Below are positions 61,102 to 64,000 of a stretch of DNA of 64,000 nt, piece after piece. Origin of the DNA: an uncultured Candidatus Poseidoniales archaeon (GTDB taxonomy: Archaea; Thermoplasmatota; Poseidoniia; Poseidoniales; Thalassarchaeaceae); NCBI GenBank assembly GCA_963990035.1, contig CAXDMJ010000003.1, forward strand, positions 2,974 through 66,973. Direction: 5' to 3'. The notes under the pieces were generated by a model. It did no database searches, was not told the origin of the DNA, and was given only the letters and a program-made list of their open reading frames with translations. Both the position numbers and the translations under genes were made by a program. Each line of letters begins with the position of its first letter. Within the stretch, counting starts at the first letter, position 1.

Positions 61102-63051
61102 TTAGGACCAAGTGAGTGCTGATTCATCTGTTGTAGCCAACCTGCATGTCATGCCCTCGCATAACCACCCCATCCATTCCGTTTCGCCACGATCTTTATG
61201 GCTGAAGGGTTTGCAACTGGAGACAACTAACTGATTCCAAGTACAGGAGCGTCTTAGATTTTCGACCTCTGCAGGTTCACTTCCTGAATGATGAATGTAC
61301 CAAACTTGACCAGGTTCAACTAGTCCTTGGGCAGCACAAATCAGAGCCCAATGACCACCGGCTCTAGTGACTAAGTCATTCCCTACCCTGATTATTGCCT
61401 TCTCAGCAGATTCTCTCCATACATTCGCTTGGGAGTGATCAGGATATAGGAGCAATAGGCTTCTCAGCAGTTCGACTACCACAGCGGTAGCGCCTGGTAC
61501 AGCAGAATCTAAAACAGATCTTTGCCTAACTGGAAGATCTGTATGTTCGGTACTAGTCATCCAGAAGCCACCATCATGATCAATGAATATTTCTAGTAAT
61601 TGGCTAGTAATATTGAGACTACGATCTAAGCATTCCTTGTCATCCCAGCGTATTCCCCATCGAAGAAGGCCGAGTGCAGCCCATGCATAATCATCTAGGA
61701 AACCCGCACCCCCCAGAGTATTTCCTCTTCTCGTCCGAAGAACTTCCTTACGAGATAATAGTTCCTTGCAGATATGTTGACCAATACTCTTCGCATCATC
61801 TTCAGGTAAATCTGCACAGGCTACTAGCAGCATACCATTCCAAGCGGTGAGTACCTTGTCATCTGTACCGGGACGCGAACGTTCCGAGCGCATCTTGAGA
61901 AGGTGAACTCGAAGGTGCTCATCATTTTCTAACCCGCTAATATCATGTAGTGACAATACGCTGCGATTAGTATTTTCGAAGTTTCCCATCTTGGTTATTC
62001 CGAAGCGTTCGCATGCAACTGTATCCCCAGCCTGTTCGGGAGTCCACAGGTAGAATTCTCCTTCCTCTGATTTTCCGTCCTCTCCGATGGAGTCTGCGTC
62101 TAGAGTCGACCATACACCTCCTAAGGGGTCCAGCATCTCTTTACGGATCCATTCTAATGTCAGTTGAATTACTCTGTCATTTTGACTCCCTACACCTAGG
62201 CGTCGCGCCTTCTCGTGAACTGCCAACATCAGGGCATTGTCGTAGAGCATCTTCTCGAAGTGCGGTACTGCCCATTCAGCATCTACACAATACCTATGCC
62301 ACCCACCTGCAAGGTGATCAAATAGACCACGGGTTGCCATAATATCCAAAGAATGAGCTACGATGCCTTTTTCTCCTGCACGTAGCAAACCTTCCATCTC
62401 CATAGGGTGCGGAAACTTCGGAGCACGACCTATTCCTCCATTGACAGGATCATAGACTCTCTTTGAGTGTCTCAATCCAGCCAACATTGATTCCTTAACT
62501 AAATAATCAACACTTTTCGATGAACCACTCCCTATTGATGATCTCTGGATTTGCTCTGTTATCTGTTTTGAGGAGTTAATTACCTCCTGGCGTTTCTCTT
62601 TCCATGCATGCACAACGCTCTCGATGAGTTGACCCCATGATGGTTTATTGTAGCGTTGTACCGGAGGGAAGTAGGTTCCAGCAAAAAAAGGTTTGAGTGT
62701 ATTTGGGTCAACAAACACATTCAATGGCCAGCCACCACCACCAGAGTAAATCTGGCATGCCGCCATATACAATGCATCAACATCCGGACTCTCCTCGCGA
62801 TCGACCTTGATACAGATAAGTGATTCATTCATCTGTTTAGCCATATGCTCGTCATTGAATGATTCATGCTCCATGACGTGACACCAATGACAGGCTGCGT
62901 ACCCGATGGATATGAGTAGGGGTCGATCTAGTTTCTTAGCCAGTTCGATAGCTTTCTGATCCCATGGTTGCCAATAAACTGGATTGGAGGAGTGCTGGAG
63001 TAGATATGGAGATGTACATCCATCAAGTCGGTTCGTAATCTCATCTACCAT
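61102..63051 (-). CDS. thioredoxin-domain (DUF255) / six-hairpin-glycosidase-like protein, YyaL/SPATA20 family
   Basis: TSPYLLQHSSNPVYWQPWDQKAIELAKKLDRPLLISIGYAACHWCHVMEHESF is the DUF255 signature. 649 aa. Markedly higher GC than its neighbours. Confidence 0.8.
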   Translation of the reverse strand: MVDEITNRLDGCTSPYLLQHSSNPVYWQPWDQKAIELAKKLDRPLLISIGYAACHWCHVMEHESFNDEHMAKQMNESLICIKVDREESPDVDALYMAACQIYSGGGGWPLNVFVDPNTLKPFFAGTYFPPVQRYNKPSWGQLIESVVHAWKEKRQEVINSSKQITEQIQRSSIGSGSSKSVDYLVKESMLAGLRHSKRVYDPVNGGIGRAPKFPHPMEMEGLLRAGEKGIVAHSLDIMATRGLFDHLAGGWHRYCVDAEWAVPHFEKMLYDNALMLAVHEKARRLGVGSQNDRVIQLTLEWIRKEMLDPLGGVWSTLDADSIGEDGKSEEGEFYLWTPEQAGDTVACERFGITKMGNFENTNRSVLSLHDISGLENDEHLRVHLLKMRSERSRPGTDDKVLTAWNGMLLVACADLPEDDAKSIGQHICKELLSRKEVLRTRRGNTLGGAGFLDDYAWAALGLLRWGIRWDDKECLDRSLNITSQLLEIFIDHDGGFWMTSTEHTDLPVRQRSVLDSAVPGATAVVVELLRSLLLLYPDHSQANVWRESAEKAIIRVGNDLVTRAGGHWALICAAQGLVEPGQVWYIHHSGSEPAEVENLRRSCTWNQLVVSSCKPFSHKDRGETEWMGWLCEGMTCRLATTDESALTWS

Positions 63052-63502
63052 GGTGCTCCATCGAGTTTGGGCTCATGAACCTAATGAATTAGAAAAGGTC
63101 TTGATTGTAGAGTAAACATCTTAACTACAATGTTTGGGCCCGCCCGTTATGTACCTCGCATCCAAGGTCGCTCTGCGCCCATTATTTGGATGGATAGTTA
63201 ATCAACCACTAGTTTTGAGTTTCCTCTATCTATTCACTGAAGATCCGATATATTATTATCAGGGCGTTGCATTACCTCTAGCGCTGTGCACGATATGCTG
63301 GCAAATCCCTTGCTATCAATGGTACGAGGAACATATCAAAACTCGATAATTCATTTTCAATTAATATTCATAATAAGGATAGTAATGTAATCAACGTTGG
63401 ACTTTATCATATAGTTATATGAAATTTTAGAATATTACATGTCTACTATCTGGTAAACATCTAATGGAACATATCTTAAGTAATTGGAAAAAAACAAAAT
63501 AT

Positions 63503-64000
63503 ATGGCAAATAAACGAGTCACTGTACTATTGATAGCAATTTTAATACTTTATCTGCCATCTGGTGCAGTAGGTGCTTCCGAAGCAGCATATGTACCACA
63601 ATTTGGTTACAGTTTCGAAGAGGTAGTAATCGCTGATTCAACAGACAGTTTGTCTAATCCTACAGATTTGGAGTTCCATCCCGGAAGATCTAATGAGCTG
63701 TGGATAGCAAATAAGGCTACTGACAGTATAACAATAGTCCATAATACAGGATTAGAAAACCAGAATTCAGAAACTCGACTGGACGTGAATCGAAACCATT
63801 TCTTGGAAGAAGTAAGTGCTATTTCATTTGGTTCTTATCATCCAGAGTTTGACTGGCAATGGGGTTCTGCTCAAGAATCACGAAACACATACAATGGACA
63901 GGGTTCTCCGAATAATTTCATGGGGCCTGCACTATGGCCCTCATCTCTTGACCATTTTGCTGTTGAGAATCAAAATAATGAAGATGGACTTCTGGGAAGT
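63503..64000 (+). CDS. secreted protein, N-terminal fragment (runs off the window; not in the ORF track because no stop is reached)
   Basis: My own translation from ATG 63503: MANKRVTVLLIAILILYLPSGAVGASEAAYVPQFGYSFEEVVIADSTDSLSNPTDLEFHPGRSNELWIANKATDSITIV... It stays open to position 64000. Signal-peptide-like N-terminus, beta-propeller-like repeat wording. Confidence 0.55.
   Translation, partial: MANKRVTVLLIAILILYLPSGAVGASEAAYVPQFGYSFEEVVIADSTDSLSNPTDLEFHPGRSNELWIANKATDSITIVHNTGLENQNSETRLDVNRNHFLEEVSAISFGSYHPEFDWQWGSAQESRNTYNGQGSPNNFMGPALWPSSLDHFAVENQNNEDGLLGS

Noticed and set aside
63134-63349. 71-aa plus-strand ORF (TTG start) just beyond the DUF255 gene.
   Set aside because: No start context and no recognisable motif. 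It may simply be open because of the locally elevated GC. It could be a remnant of the acquired segment but cannot be supported as a gene.
63384-63443. 7-bp inverted repeat ATGTAAT/ATTACAT in the AT-rich spacer before the last gene, considered as a possible island border or operator.
   Set aside because: It is too short and AT-rich to be distinguishable from chance in this genome.
1-64000. Scan of the whole window for CRISPR arrays, rRNA genes, transposases/integrases, toxin-antitoxin pairs and recognisable defence-system genes.
   Set aside because: I found no regularly spaced direct repeats, no rRNA-like conserved blocks and no DDE/tyrosine-recombinase/Cas-like motifs in any long ORF. An exhaustive repeat search cannot be done by eye.

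Overview
Dense, low-GC archaeal chromosomal segment with about 62 protein genes, one tRNA-Pro and one SRP (7S) RNA. I saw no rRNA, CRISPR array, transposase or integrase. Archaeal identity is shown directly by the split RNA polymerase A'/A'' genes followed by rpl30e, ribosomal protein S3Ae, proteasome beta subunit, an aCPSF1-type KH/beta-CASP ribonuclease, tRNA-splicing endonuclease, archaeal-type TrpRS, SepF, geranylgeranyl reductase and an archaeal-sized SRP RNA. Mixed in are many bacterial-looking genes: thyA-folA, a PlsC acyltransferase, pntAA-pntAB-pntB transhydrogenase, a TopA-type topoisomerase, class-2 PyrD, NiSOD sodN-sodX and a photolyase. There are also many large secreted proteins with C-terminal membrane anchors. 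This gene content fits a marine planktonic heterotrophic euryarchaeon (Marine Group II/Poseidoniales-like), but that assignment is inference only. The best candidate for something undescribed lies at 3.2-11.2 kb. Four paralogous all-coiled-coil proteins of an uncharacterised archaeal type bracket a tightly coupled three-gene operon: a surface protein with a cytoplasmic double zinc-ribbon tail, a DtxR-family metalloregulator and a polytopic membrane protein. Other notable points:
- domain-fusion variants of core machinery: an HhH-like N-terminal extension on RpoA'', a SAP/HeH tail on S3Ae, a ~100-aa insertion in TrpRS, and a triple helical repeat replacing the zinc ribbons of TopA
- a Z-DNA-prone GC tract upstream of topA
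- an orphan CxxxY-type CcmE
- a sodN-sodX-photolyase light-stress cluster
- a compositionally foreign (~50% GC) gene near the 3' end

All functional calls come from motif recognition by eye. No database search was possible.
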